This document shows, piece by piece, positions 1-9,626 of a DNA stretch of 64,000 nucleotides. The notes under the pieces were generated by a model that saw only the letters and a program-made list of their open reading frames with translations, did not search any database and was not told the DNA's origin. Every line of letters begins with the position of its first letter. Positions within the stretch are counted from its first letter, which is position 1. Position numbers and translations under genes: made by a program. Location: the IMG/VR virus record IMGVR_UViG_3300012931_000759, positions 186,001 to 250,000 of that record; one strand, given 5' to 3'.

Positions 1-1
1 G

Positions 2-1345
2 TTGGGTCATGTTCAATCCGGAAAAGGACATGATCCGCAGGAGATCCACCTTTTCAAGGGGCGCATAGAGCAGATGGTTCGTCAGCAGACCAGCGCCACC
101 GGCGTGAAGCCAACCCCGACGGATTTCGCCCAGGCTTTGGAACAGGCAATAGTGGAAGTAATCGGCCATGAGGCCGGGCACATCGGGCCGGAGCGGCCGA
201 TTGTGCCGGGAGCGCAGCCTTTCCTTGGGGAACCGGAGGCTGAGACGAAGGCCAAGGAGACCGTCCGGAGGATCTATCCCGGAGCCGTCGCGCACGCGGC
301 CATCGAACTGGACGACATCAGACGGAAATTCATGCCAGATGCCCCCATGGGCGAGCCGGATCTGGCCTTTGTGGCAAAGGTTGCCGCCGGAAACGGCGCT
401 GGCGCCCTGCGCGACGGGTTGAGGATCTTGCGCCACGGCAGCGTGCCTGTGGCTTTGGCTATGGGACAGGCCTGCGTGTTCAACAGCCAGGTCGCGCGTC
501 GCACGGATGTGGCCAGGAAGTTGGGCTTCCTAGTGAGCCTGTTTGGGGCGCTGCCGAACTCCAACGATTTCGCGATGGCGCTTGCCGCCTGCCAAACGGA
601 CAACGGCCTCGAGCCGACAGGGAAGCTCGACCGTCCAACCATAGCGCACCTGCGCGCCCGCATGGCGCCCTCCGAGGAGTTCCCGCGCAACTTCGGCATG
701 GTGGCCGAGGGACTGTATCGCGGAAGGCAGCCCGACAGCATCGGGCAGCTCGCGGCCCTGCGCGACAGGCTGGGCGTCCGCCGCGTTGTGACGCTGAACG
801 ACGACGGCCCACCGATCGCCGACTGGTGCCGCCAGCTGGGCCTGGGGCACCTCCACGCGATGCTGTCGTCCGGCGCTCCCCAGGAGCCCGGATGGCAGGT
901 TTTCGGCCCCGAGCTGTCGGATTTCCTGCTTGAGACCCCCACATTCGTCCATTGCCGCCATGGAGCCGACCGGACGGGCGGCGTCGTGGCGCGGTGCCGC
1001 ACCGAGATGGGTTGGCCCTGCGACCTGGCATACGCCGAAGCCAAAGCCTTCGGTTTCAAGGACCGTTTCCCCGACATGGTCGACCGGTTTACCGACGCCT
1101 GCGGACACGACCCGCACGGGCACCGGCACCCGCCCATCGACACCGCCCTGATCCGCCGCATCATGGGGGCGGAGCTTGCCGCCAACGCCCCGCGTCCTTC
1201 GGTCGAGCAGGATCTGCTCGAGCCCACCCCGTTTGACCTCCACTACACCACCGACAACAACAGCTACGAGAGTGGGATCGATACGATCCTGTCGCCATAT
1301 TCCATCATGTCTATTCCGACAGGTTTTCCGGGGGCGGGGAGATGA
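2..1345 (+). CDS. Multidomain protein (5'-truncated): HEXXH segment, peptidoglycan-binding-like domain and protein tyrosine/dual-specificity phosphatase
   Basis: GHEAGH; NGLEPTGKLDRPT (PG-binding-like); NFGMVAEGLYRGRQP and P-loop FVHCRHGADRTG (CX5R). Confidence 0.8.
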   Translation: MGHVQSGKGHDPQEIHLFKGRIEQMVRQQTSATGVKPTPTDFAQALEQAIVEVIGHEAGHIGPERPIVPGAQPFLGEPEAETKAKETVRRIYPGAVAHAAIELDDIRRKFMPDAPMGEPDLAFVAKVAAGNGAGALRDGLRILRHGSVPVALAMGQACVFNSQVARRTDVARKLGFLVSLFGALPNSNDFAMALAACQTDNGLEPTGKLDRPTIAHLRARMAPSEEFPRNFGMVAEGLYRGRQPDSIGQLAALRDRLGVRRVVTLNDDGPPIADWCRQLGLGHLHAMLSSGAPQEPGWQVFGPELSDFLLETPTFVHCRHGADRTGGVVARCRTEMGWPCDLAYAEAKAFGFKDRFPDMVDRFTDACGHDPHGHRHPPIDTALIRRIMGAELAANAPRPSVEQDLLEPTPFDLHYTTDNNSYESGIDTILSPYSIMSIPTGFPGAGR

Positions 1346-1911
1346 GTTGTGAACTGACCCTCCTTGTACACCTAGCCGACGAGTTGGACAGGCGCGGAAT
1401 GCTCTGGGAAGCTGATGAGGTCGACCACATAGTGCGCTTGGCTGTCGGCGGGCCGGATGTAAGGGACTGGTTGCGCCGCCAGTATGAGCGTCTGCGCCGA
1501 CTCTTTTCCAGGAAAAAGACTGATCCAGGTGCCGCGAAGACGTACGACGCCGCTGCGGCGAACCGTCTGGATGACATGTTGCGTCGCAAACAGAGTGGCC
1601 CGCCGGATGAGCGCGTGTTTCTCTGGTTTTGCCAGCAGTTCCCGAATTCCTGTCCAGCTTGTCGCGGCCGACACGGCCGCATGCGAACCATGCGCCAATG
1701 GCGCGGGGAAGGCCTGCCAGGCCCCATGGTCTGTGAAAAGGACGATTGCGCGTGCCACCTTGTGCCGCTGCTGCCAGGAGGTGTTGCCCAGATGGATGAG
1801 GATGGCGACATCATGGCGAACATTACCGGCCTCCAGGAGGACAGCTCTGGCCACAGCATGAATCAAGGATTTGCTCTCGAGCCCTTCTTCAGCGACACAA
1901 CAACTAGTTGA
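1342..1911 (+). CDS. Head morphogenesis (Mu gpF-like Cys-rich) protein with N-terminal LxxLAxxLD helical motif
   Basis: CPAC-RGRHG...W..EGLPG...VC...CACHLVP; ATGA overlap with upstream gene. Confidence 0.55.
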   Translation: MSCELTLLVHLADELDRRGMLWEADEVDHIVRLAVGGPDVRDWLRRQYERLRRLFSRKKTDPGAAKTYDAAAANRLDDMLRRKQSGPPDERVFLWFCQQFPNSCPACRGRHGRMRTMRQWRGEGLPGPMVCEKDDCACHLVPLLPGGVAQMDEDGDIMANITGLQEDSSGHSMNQGFALEPFFSDTTTS

Positions 1912-1920
1912 GAAAGCCTG

Positions 1921-2080
1921 AGCGGCATCTACTTGATTACCAACCGCGTGAATAGAAAACAGTACATTATCGCAGCAAAACACACGGACTAGACAAAACA
2001 GAAGATGTCGCTAGCGTACAAAGGCAAATGTCCGGATCCCAGACCAGACAGAGGATGAGCACAGCCAGAAGCAGTTTTAT
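1921..2080 (+). pseudogene. Decayed GIY-YIG/NUMOD3 homing endonuclease remnant
   Basis: Reads SGIYLITNRVNRKQYI..KHTD*TKQKMSLAYKGK, then TRQRMSTARS in another frame; resembles 23250..23969. Confidence 0.7.
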
Positions 2081-2188
2081 GTAAAGTACCGAAACGCACG
2101 GTCCAGTTAGAATTTTCTCCATTCTTTGCGGTAGGTTGTAATATTGCGTTTTCCGCATTTTTTCCTCCTGACACGAAGTCCCGAAAAT

Positions 2189-2206
2189 CTATCAATATTT
2201 TCTCAT
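2189..2206 (+). promoter_or_regulatory. Putative phage late promoter CTATCAAT-N7-CAT
   Basis: CTATCAAT ATTTTCT CAT, intergenic, just upstream of ATG 2213; motif recurs 7 times. Confidence 0.7.
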
Positions 2207-2212
2207 AAAGGC

Positions 2213-2806
2213 ATGGATCGAATCCCCCGCACAGCTTGGTCTACCCAGCGATCGGTCCCCTTCTCTGAAGAAGAGAAGCAGGCCGCGCGCACAGCCATGG
2301 CCAAACTCGGGAACTTTCTCGGGCAGTTGTGGGCCGCCCAGCAGCACAGCGAGCGGCTGATGGACGTCCTCAACAAGGCGCCCGATACGCCGCCCGAACA
2401 GTTGTTTTCGATCCGTCATCTCATCAGGAAGTTCAGGGACGAGGTCCGCCAGCACTTCACGCAGCTAATTCCGGTCTTCTCTGCCGCCATCACGACGCTG
2501 AATCCGTTCGCGAAAGACACGGATACGGCTGCTATACGTGAGAGTCTCATCGACGCTATGCAGCAGCTTTCTGAGGTCATCGAGACCTACATGGAGACTT
2601 TCGAGGATTTTAATGCGCCGGACCAAATTCAGAGGCTAAAGGCTCTGTTCCAGAAGGTCAAGCAACTCTCGCAGAGTATCGAGGCGGTGATCAAGGGCAG
2701 GCTGCGCGACCATTTTGAGAAAAATATCCTGCGCCGCCAGAGGATCAGCGATCTACATAATGGCATCAGGCGCCGCGCGCGCCTGGTCGCCATGTTGGAG
2801 GGTTGA
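2213..2806 (+). CDS. Hypothetical helical head-module protein
   Basis: ORF with ATG at 2213 (MDRIPRTAW...). Confidence 0.7.
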   Translation: MDRIPRTAWSTQRSVPFSEEEKQAARTAMAKLGNFLGQLWAAQQHSERLMDVLNKAPDTPPEQLFSIRHLIRKFRDEVRQHFTQLIPVFSAAITTLNPFAKDTDTAAIRESLIDAMQQLSEVIETYMETFEDFNAPDQIQRLKALFQKVKQLSQSIEAVIKGRLRDHFEKNILRRQRISDLHNGIRRRARLVAMLEG

Positions 2807-2808
2807 AG

Positions 2809-2979
2809 ATGGGTTTTATCAAAAATGCAGATGGCGACCAGACTAATACCATCGAGCACGTTTTCGAAGGTGTGGATGAGGTGTTGGAGGAGATTGCCAG
2901 CCATGCGGCTCCGGACGAGCCCGCCCTCGTTGTGGATATGTCGAGTTTTGAATCTCTAGATAAAAAAGAATCCAACTAA
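2809..2979 (+). CDS. Small acidic protein (56 aa), not in the ORF track
   Basis: GGAGG RBS; MGFIKNADGD...KKESN*; TAATG overlap with next gene. Confidence 0.55.
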   Translation: MGFIKNADGDQTNTIEHVFEGVDEVLEEIASHAAPDEPALVVDMSSFESLDKKESN

Positions 2980-3644
2980 TGGGTTATAAGGATAGGGTCT
3001 GTAGCCGCTACAGTAAAACATACACGCCGCGCGCATCGAATCAGCAATATTGCGCTGACCTAGAATGTAGACGTTGGAACAGGAACCGTATCAACAGACA
3101 AGCGCGTAAACATCCAGAGAAAGAGGTTTGCTGTACCGTTTGTGGCACTGTGTTCTCGACTAGTAGGTGGAAACAGCAGCAATGTTGCGGAAAGGAATGT
3201 CGCAGTTTGTTTATGCGACTTAAGAACAAGGAATATTATGAGCAAGTTTTGAGACTGCGTAATAGTCATCTAAAAAGAGGTTATTCGTATCCGCAGAAAT
3301 ACATTTTCGAAGCAGTTTTCAAGCTGTTTCCAAATCTGGTCTGGCAATACGACGACCGTTCGACATTACGCAATCCGAACACAGGATATCCACTTGAATT
3401 GGATATCTGGTGTCCCGAAAAACGTTTTGCGATAGAATATGATGGGGAACATCATTTCTCCCCGAAACAGTTCGGACAGAAGGGGTTTGACTATGTGCGT
3501 CTCTTAGACGCCACCAAGACTAAGGAATGTGTCGACAAGAATATAGTCCTGTTGCGCATCTCCTGCCGGGATGACTGGCGCAACAAGGAATGGTTAGCTC
3601 AAAAGGTCGGAGAGTGCTTGAATGGCGTTTACCAAGTTTGCTGA
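2979..3644 (+). CDS. Free-standing homing endonuclease (Zn-finger plus Vsr/PD-(D/E)XK-like)
   Basis: CxxC motifs; LELDIWCPEKRFAIEYDGEHHF; low GC; overlaps the protease start. Confidence 0.75.
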   Translation: MGYKDRVCSRYSKTYTPRASNQQYCADLECRRWNRNRINRQARKHPEKEVCCTVCGTVFSTSRWKQQQCCGKECRSLFMRLKNKEYYEQVLRLRNSHLKRGYSYPQKYIFEAVFKLFPNLVWQYDDRSTLRNPNTGYPLELDIWCPEKRFAIEYDGEHHFSPKQFGQKGFDYVRLLDATKTKECVDKNIVLLRISCRDDWRNKEWLAQKVGECLNGVYQVC

Positions 3645-6600
3645 ATCTAGATTCACAGTTGAGGAGATTCATGCTCCCGAGGCGGCGCTGTCGGATTCTG
3701 TAGTATTGGACAGGTTCACTAAATATGCCAAGACTTTAAGGGCTATTGCCCCAAAAGCCAAGGATTTTCTTTACTTCTCCTGTGTGATGCTCCACTCCGA
3801 CACAGCTGCACTGGTTAATCAAGACACAGGAGAACCAATCCTTGGTAAAGATGGAAAACCTGTTACGGCGGAATGGGATATCAATCCGAAAACAGGATCA
3901 TATAAATGGAAATGTTCAGATCATAATATAAAACCTTTCAAAAATAACAACGGAGATATTTTCGTTGAATCTGAATTAAAAAAGGCTTATCGTAAATGGG
4001 TTGAAAAGCCATTGTGCCAGGATCATCAAAGTAACACGGTCGATGGTGTGCGCGGACTGATTTTGGATACTTATTGGGATGATAAGAGAAAACGTGTAAT
4101 AGGTTTGTGCGCCCTTGACCGAAAAAACTATCCCGATCTTGCACGAAAGGTTGAGAGCGGATATGCAACAAATGTATCTATGGGCACTGCCGTGGGTAGG
4201 TCGATTTGCTACGATTGTGGCAATGTGGCTAAAACCGAGGCCGAATACTGTGCCTGCGTGCGTGCCAAGAGGACCTACGGTGAAATCAACATTGATTTAT
4301 CTCCCATTGAATTGAGTCTGGTGGTTACTGGTGCCGATCCTCGTGCTAAGTTGCGCCATATCATCGCGAGCCTTAACGGATACGCGCAGCAGAAACAGGC
4401 TAGGATCGAGGAGCTACAGCGGGCCGGATGCGTAACTCCCGGCGAGCTGGACAGTCTGCGGGCAGAGGTCGAGGGGCTGCGTCGTCAGCTCTACGAGATT
4501 TCTAGGCTCCATGCACAGGCGGCGCTAGATCCGAGCCACGGGGCAGTGCTCCGCAATCTGCTTGAGATTATCAGCAATCCTGCCACTTCCGCCGAGACCA
4601 AAGCGTTAGCCGACAAGCAGATGAAGGAACTGCTGGGCGGCGTCGCCTCTCCGGAGGATCTGGCGAAGATGGAAACGCCCGCGCCTGCACCTACGGCGGC
4701 CGCCGAGGACGGCGACGGCGTGGAGGGGGCAGGGTGCGAACGAGTAGAAGATAAGCCCGAGGGACAGATGGTTTCCGACGTGGAGCCGCCCTACGGGCTC
4801 GCTGGAAACAAGGCCATGACCGGGGGACGAGGAAGGTCGTATTCCGAGGACCCCGAATCCAGTGGACCGCCACCTTGGTCCCTTGACGGGCGGGAAACCC
4901 GTCTTGCCAGCGGAAACCTGGATGCCCAAATCCTGGCAGTCCAGGAGTGGCTAGATTCAATGCAGACGACCCTGCAGAAGATGGCTGCGGACATCCAGGC
5001 GTCAGCAAACAGGACAAACCCGAAGGAGGAGAAGAACATGTCCGATCTGAAGGAGAGGGCTCGCGCCCGTCGCGCGGCGTTCGAGAAGAACGCCTATCAC
5101 CAGGGGGGAGGCGGTGTCAACGAACCGCAGACCTACCCCAAAGAGGAAGCGGACAAGATCCGCAACACCCAGGACAAGCAGATGGTTGGCGAGGGCATGG
5201 AACCCGGCAACGACGGCTTGGCCGGAAGTGATCTAGCTCTGAAGAAGAAACTGCTCCGTGCCGATCTCGAGGAACGCCGCCTGCGTCGGCATGCACTACT
5301 CGCCAAGGGCGAGGAGATCGTCAAGGTCAAGGCGCCGGACGGAACCGACGTGTCCCTCACAAAGGGCGCCGACGGCAAGTGGACGGTCGCCCCAGCTCAG
5401 AAGGACGACGATCCTGGACTCGAGGTGAATGCGTATTTCCAGGGCGGCGGCGGTGTCAACGAACCGCAGACCTACCCCAAAGAGGAAGCGGACAAGATCC
5501 GCAACATCCAGGACAAACAAATGGTCGGTGAAGGGATGGAGCCCGGCAATGATGGCTTGGCCGGAGACGACCTAGCTTTGAAGAAGAAACTGCTCCGTGC
5601 TGAGCTGACCGCCAAGTTCATCAAGGTCTATGCTGGCCAGGACAAGGCCGAAGTCGACCGGAAGCGCAGCCGCTGGGAAGTCTACGCTGGCGGCCAGAAG
5701 CTCTTCGAGGCGACCGGCGAGCAGATCTATGACGAGGGCGATCTTGTCGACGATAACTACTGGAACCATCTGTCCTCTGCGGACTACGGTCGACGCATTA
5801 TGTCCGCCATTCGCCGCGAGGGTTTGGATAAGACCGCATACCTGCTGACCGGCAAGGTCGTGACGGCCCAGGAACCGGCTCTGCCACCTCCAGGTATGCC
5901 GCCCGCCCCGATGGCCTCCCCGGCCGAGGCTCCCAAGCCTCCCGAGGAGGAGCTTAAGAGCGAAGAGAAGCCGGGCGCCGAGTCCGCCAAGAACAGGGTT
6001 GACGAGGCCCTGGCCGATGTCGAGAAAGCCCTCGGCGACTTGAAAGATGTCCTCAAGGAGGAAGGTGAGTCGAAGGAAGGTGGTAAGGAGGAGCTTCCGC
6101 CGATCGAAATTGGCGAGGCTGCTAAGACCGCCTCTGACATCCGCGCCGCTCTCGATGATAGCGGCGACGAGCTAGCCATTCTTTCCGAGGTTCTCGGCAA
6201 GAGGATCGAGGCTGGCATGACGGCCGGAACCGAGATGGACGAGCTGTTGAAACTGGCCGGCGAATCCCTCGAGGCGAGCGCCGAGATCGTCCGCGAGGCC
6301 GCACTCGTGGTCGAGGCTAAGAAGGGCAAAATGCCCGAGGGCCTGAAGAAGGCGCTCGAGAAGAAGGAGAATGGCGGGAAAGACGAGGAGGACGAGGAAA
6401 AGGGCAAAAAGAAGGAGAAGGAGAAAGGCAAAAAGGACAAGAAGGAAGAGAAGGGTGAGAAGAAAGAGAAGGGCAAAAAGGACGAGAAAGAGGAGAAGGG
6501 CGAGGAGAAAGACGAGAAAGAGGAGAAGGAAGAGAAGAAGTCCGAGGCCGAACTCGTTCTGGAGAAGATGCTGAAAGCACGCGCCGCCAAGCGGCGTGAG

Positions 6601-7602
6601 CTTGTCCGCCTAGCTATCGAGGGAGAGAAGGAATCCCACGAGGAGGCGGAGCACGAGGTTACTGAGGAAATGGAGGAAGGCATTGAAGGTCTCGAGGGTC
6701 TGATGGAGGAACTCGAGGGGATTGAGGAGAAGGAATCTGCCGCTCAGTATGCCGACGAGCCTGCCGCACAGTACGCTGAGGAAGAGGACCCTCTAGTGGC
6801 CGAACTCTTGTCCGAGCTGGACAAGGAAGAGGTGCCGGAGGAAGAAACCGACAACATGACTACCATGGCCGGGCGCCGTGCCTGGCGCGAGAAGGTGGCC
6901 GCCGAAGTCGGTTCGAAGTACCAGCTGAAGTTGGATTCCGCGACCGACATGGACACCGACATGGTACCCAAGGCGCATCCGCAGGGTGGGCACACTCTCG
7001 AGGGACTCGACACTAAACCCTCTGACGAGGGTGCCAAATTCGAGGGCATCGATGAGGTCAAGGCCAAGATTATGAAGCAGGTTGAGAGCTTGCCGCCTGT
7101 CCGCGAGGCCGTCGCCAAGGTGGGCGATCTGCTCAAGTCCGGCAAACTCACGGTGGCCGACCTGTCTAACAACGCCAAGCTGAAAGCGTTGGCGGTCGAC
7201 CCCGAGGCCGCCAAGTACTGGAAACAGTATTTTGGCGAGGGCGACCAAGATAGCAAGCAGTTTGGCGCTGACATGTCCAAGGAGTTCGCCCAGAAGAAGG
7301 CGGCCGCTGAGGCTGAGTCCTACAAGTTGAAACTCCGCAGGGCGGTCGATCTGGCGCTCGACATGCAGGACAAGGGTCTTGTTAGCTCAGGCCGCGAGGC
7401 CATGAACAAGCAGGTCGACGACATCATGAAATTCGACGACCAGGCATTCGAGGCCTTTAAGCGCGCAATGTCCCGCACCACCAATGTCGCGAAGGCCGCC
7501 GGGAAAGCTGAACCGGCCCTCCAGGTTGGCATCAGAGAGGAGGCGGAAACTACCAACCTCTCCGACCAGCTAGGACGTCTTTGGGCACCAAAGAAGCGAT
7601 AG
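3622..7602 (+). CDS. Prohead protease fused to a long scaffold-like region
   Basis: NNNGDIF, KPLCQDH, VSMGT, ELSLVVTGADPRA (prohead protease-like); acidic, coiled-coil C-terminal region; position in head module. Confidence 0.75.
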   Translation: MAFTKFAESRFTVEEIHAPEAALSDSVVLDRFTKYAKTLRAIAPKAKDFLYFSCVMLHSDTAALVNQDTGEPILGKDGKPVTAEWDINPKTGSYKWKCSDHNIKPFKNNNGDIFVESELKKAYRKWVEKPLCQDHQSNTVDGVRGLILDTYWDDKRKRVIGLCALDRKNYPDLARKVESGYATNVSMGTAVGRSICYDCGNVAKTEAEYCACVRAKRTYGEINIDLSPIELSLVVTGADPRAKLRHIIASLNGYAQQKQARIEELQRAGCVTPGELDSLRAEVEGLRRQLYEISRLHAQAALDPSHGAVLRNLLEIISNPATSAETKALADKQMKELLGGVASPEDLAKMETPAPAPTAAAEDGDGVEGAGCERVEDKPEGQMVSDVEPPYGLAGNKAMTGGRGRSYSEDPESSGPPPWSLDGRETRLASGNLDAQILAVQEWLDSMQTTLQKMAADIQASANRTNPKEEKNMSDLKERARARRAAFEKNAYHQGGGGVNEPQTYPKEEADKIRNTQDKQMVGEGMEPGNDGLAGSDLALKKKLLRADLEERRLRRHALLAKGEEIVKVKAPDGTDVSLTKGADGKWTVAPAQKDDDPGLEVNAYFQGGGGVNEPQTYPKEEADKIRNIQDKQMVGEGMEPGNDGLAGDDLALKKKLLRAELTAKFIKVYAGQDKAEVDRKRSRWEVYAGGQKLFEATGEQIYDEGDLVDDNYWNHLSSADYGRRIMSAIRREGLDKTAYLLTGKVVTAQEPALPPPGMPPAPMASPAEAPKPPEEELKSEEKPGAESAKNRVDEALADVEKALGDLKDVLKEEGESKEGGKEELPPIEIGEAAKTASDIRAALDDSGDELAILSEVLGKRIEAGMTAGTEMDELLKLAGESLEASAEIVREAALVVEAKKGKMPEGLKKALEKKENGGKDEEDEEKGKKKEKEKGKKDKKEEKGEKKEKGKKDEKEEKGEEKDEKEEKEEKKSEAELVLEKMLKARAAKRRELVRLAIEGEKESHEEAEHEVTEEMEEGIEGLEGLMEELEGIEEKESAAQYADEPAAQYAEEEDPLVAELLSELDKEEVPEEETDNMTTMAGRRAWREKVAAEVGSKYQLKLDSATDMDTDMVPKAHPQGGHTLEGLDTKPSDEGAKFEGIDEVKAKIMKQVESLPPVREAVAKVGDLLKSGKLTVADLSNNAKLKALAVDPEAAKYWKQYFGEGDQDSKQFGADMSKEFAQKKAAAEAESYKLKLRRAVDLALDMQDKGLVSSGREAMNKQVDDIMKFDDQAFEAFKRAMSRTTNVAKAAGKAEPALQVGIREEAETTNLSDQLGRLWAPKKR
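5089..5601 (+). repeat. Two ~174-bp (58-aa) direct repeats, 5089-5262 and 5428-5601
   Basis: NAY(H/F)QGGGGVNEPQTYPKEEADKIRN.QDKQMVGEGMEPGNDGLAG.DLALKKKLLRA twice. Confidence 0.95.
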
Positions 7603-7608
7603 GACCTT

Positions 7609-7641
7609 GGCGCCTGGAGCCAACAACTCCAGGCGCCTTTT
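7609..7641 (+). terminator. Rho-independent terminator
   Basis: GGCGCCTGGAG/CTCCAGGCGCC stem followed by TTTT. Confidence 0.7.
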
Positions 7642-7659
7642 CCTTAAACAGGATCCAAC

Positions 7660-7830
7660 ATGCCGGAAAAGGGAAAGTCGCTCCGCGAGGAGCTCGAGGC
7701 GGAGTTTGCCGACCTCAGGGAGTTGGGTGTGACGGAGGAGGAGCTGGAAGCCCTGTATGAGCAGTGCGGGCTGAAGCCGCGGCGCGTCTTGGTGCTGAAC
7801 ACCGGGCGCGCCCAGGCGCACCCGAAGTAG
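7660..7830 (+). CDS. Small hypothetical protein (56 aa), not in the ORF track
   Basis: AGGA RBS; MPEKGKSLREELEAEF...AHPK*; fills the gap between genes. Confidence 0.6.
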   Translation: MPEKGKSLREELEAEFADLRELGVTEEELEALYEQCGLKPRRVLVLNTGRAQAHPK

Positions 7831-7838
7831 GAGACACC

Positions 7839-8099
7839 ATGAGCGGATTACGCATTTCCGACGAGATAGCCGCCGCGATGGCGGAGCGGTTGGGTCTCTT
7901 CAGGAAAGCGACCTCTGCGGTCGAAGGCTTCAAAGCCCAACTCGCAGCGGCCAACACCTGTGAGCAGCTGACCCAACTGCGTGCTTTCTGGCTGGATGGA
8001 AGAGGCGCCAGTCAGTTGAACGCGGAGGGTGGCGATGTCGCCTACGGACAAGCCATGCGCGCGTTCCTAGAGAAGAAGAAAGCCCAAGGATGCCCCTAG
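7839..8099 (+). CDS. Small putative internal head protein
   Basis: AGGAG RBS, ATG 7839; DEIAAAM...LFRKA shared with the next gene. Confidence 0.7.
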   Translation: MSGLRISDEIAAAMAERLGLFRKATSAVEGFKAQLAAANTCEQLTQLRAFWLDGRGASQLNAEGGDVAYGQAMRAFLEKKKAQGCP

Positions 8100-8112
8100 G
8101 AGGATACGGGAG

Positions 8113-8904
8113 ATGACAACTCTCAAGACATATCATGCCGACGAGATCGCCTCAGCCATGAGCGCGCAGCTTGGGAACGAGGAGTTTGTTGGCCTCTATA
8201 GGAAAGCTGAAGCCACCTGGTGGCAGAAGGGTCCGTCTTCGCAGACCTTTAAGGCCGAGATGGACGCAGCCAAGACACCCGCCGAGGCGGTCGCGATCCA
8301 CAACAAGTGGCTGGCGTCCGGCTCGGAGGGCGCAACTAAGCTGGGCAAGGAGCACGATGACTTCTCTCCGCTGGTTGATTATTCCGAGGAGCGGCGCATG
8401 CAGCTCGGCGGCCAGAAAGCTGAGGACGCCGCGCAGGAGGCCGACAAGGGCTGTCCTAAGCATCCCGAGGCGCAGGACGGATGTCCCGAATGCGCGGACG
8501 CTGCCGACGGAGTCGGCCTGGCAGTAGCTATCGACTTCGCCATCAGGCACATCGTGAAGGTTGCTGATGCGCTGGACAAAGTAGGGTATGTAGGCGTAGC
8601 TGGTGCACTGGACGAGACTCTCCAAAAGTTGGCGGCGTCCCGACCAATTGTATCCGAGGCAGCGCGCAGCTACAAAGAATGGGTATCCTTCCTCCGCAAG
8701 AAGAGTCCGAAGGCTGCCGAGAAGTTCAGCAAGACCTACAAGAGCGCCCTGAAGGACAAAAAGAAAGAACTCGGGGCTGAGAAGGCCGAAGAATATGCCA
8801 TGAAGACTGCCCTCGACGGCGTGCCTAAGAGCTACCTCAAGGAACCGACTCCCAAGCACGGCAAGGGCAAAAGTGGTCCGCTGACGGCAAAACGTTCAAA
8901 ATGA
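8113..8904 (+). CDS. Putative internal head protein
   Basis: DEIASAM...LYRKA; IVKVADALDKVGYVGVAGALDETL motif; basic C-terminus. Confidence 0.65.
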   Translation: MTTLKTYHADEIASAMSAQLGNEEFVGLYRKAEATWWQKGPSSQTFKAEMDAAKTPAEAVAIHNKWLASGSEGATKLGKEHDDFSPLVDYSEERRMQLGGQKAEDAAQEADKGCPKHPEAQDGCPECADAADGVGLAVAIDFAIRHIVKVADALDKVGYVGVAGALDETLQKLAASRPIVSEAARSYKEWVSFLRKKSPKAAEKFSKTYKSALKDKKKELGAEKAEEYAMKTALDGVPKSYLKEPTPKHGKGKSGPLTAKRSK

Positions 8905-8925
8905 TACATAGACTGGAGACCGGGC

Positions 8926-9618
8926 ATGTTGAGATTGGTCCAAATTGGCAACGCGCTTCCTTTATCATATCCGGTTGATTCTACTTCTGTTTTTGAACCA
9001 GGGATGATTGCGCAGTTAAAGCTTGCTGGCCAGGATATTGTGGCCGGCTTGTCCGACGGGACGGCGCCGCTGGGGATCATCGACGATGTCAGATCGACGG
9101 CGTTCACGCGCCCGTCTATCGACGAGACTGTGGTCATCAAGTGTACGGGCATCCTAGATGCGTACGGACGCTACATCAGCACGGCGGACGCAAAACAGGA
9201 GCTGCTCAACCCTAATGTGGTACCGGCAAGCTTCGTGGCCGACTATGAGAACCTGGTCCTGAATCCGGTCAACGGCATCCTGATGGCTCCGGCTGGAAGC
9301 GTGCTCAATTTCGACCTAGACGGGGACGGGAAGCCGGACAGTATCAGGACGGTCGTTAACTATGTGTACACAATTCCCGACCTGCCGGGCGAGGACACCA
9401 CGGTCGGTAGCAACAGGATGACGATCTGGTTTACTCGCGGCGTGTACATTACGGACAAGTTCGACACGACGCAGAAGTATCCGCTCAATGCGGCCTTGTT
9501 TGTGAACGAAGAGGGGCTGCTGACTACAAAACAGGCGACGCCAAACCACCCCGCCGTGGCAATGATAAGTGGCCCACCCAGTGCGATGTTAAATAATCTT
9601 GAACTGCTATGGCTTTGA
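8926..9618 (+). CDS. Putative head decoration/structural protein
   Basis: Beta-rich; weak similarity to 16366..17037 (MLRLVQ/MALRILQ; RMTIW..GVY / KVTAW..GLY). Confidence 0.55.
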   Translation: MLRLVQIGNALPLSYPVDSTSVFEPGMIAQLKLAGQDIVAGLSDGTAPLGIIDDVRSTAFTRPSIDETVVIKCTGILDAYGRYISTADAKQELLNPNVVPASFVADYENLVLNPVNGILMAPAGSVLNFDLDGDGKPDSIRTVVNYVYTIPDLPGEDTTVGSNRMTIWFTRGVYITDKFDTTQKYPLNAALFVNEEGLLTTKQATPNHPAVAMISGPPSAMLNNLELLWL

Positions 9619-9626
9619 TATTATTA

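Noticed and set aside
1990-1992. In-frame TAG within the GIY-YIG relic, suggesting stop-codon reassignment
   Set aside because: TAG ends many clear genes here (7602, 13851, 17037, 58708), and the relic is also deleted and frameshifted.
5089-5601. Diverged direct repeat as a possible DGR template/variable pair
   Set aside because: Both copies are in frame, differences are mostly synonymous and not adenine-specific, and no reverse transcriptase is present.
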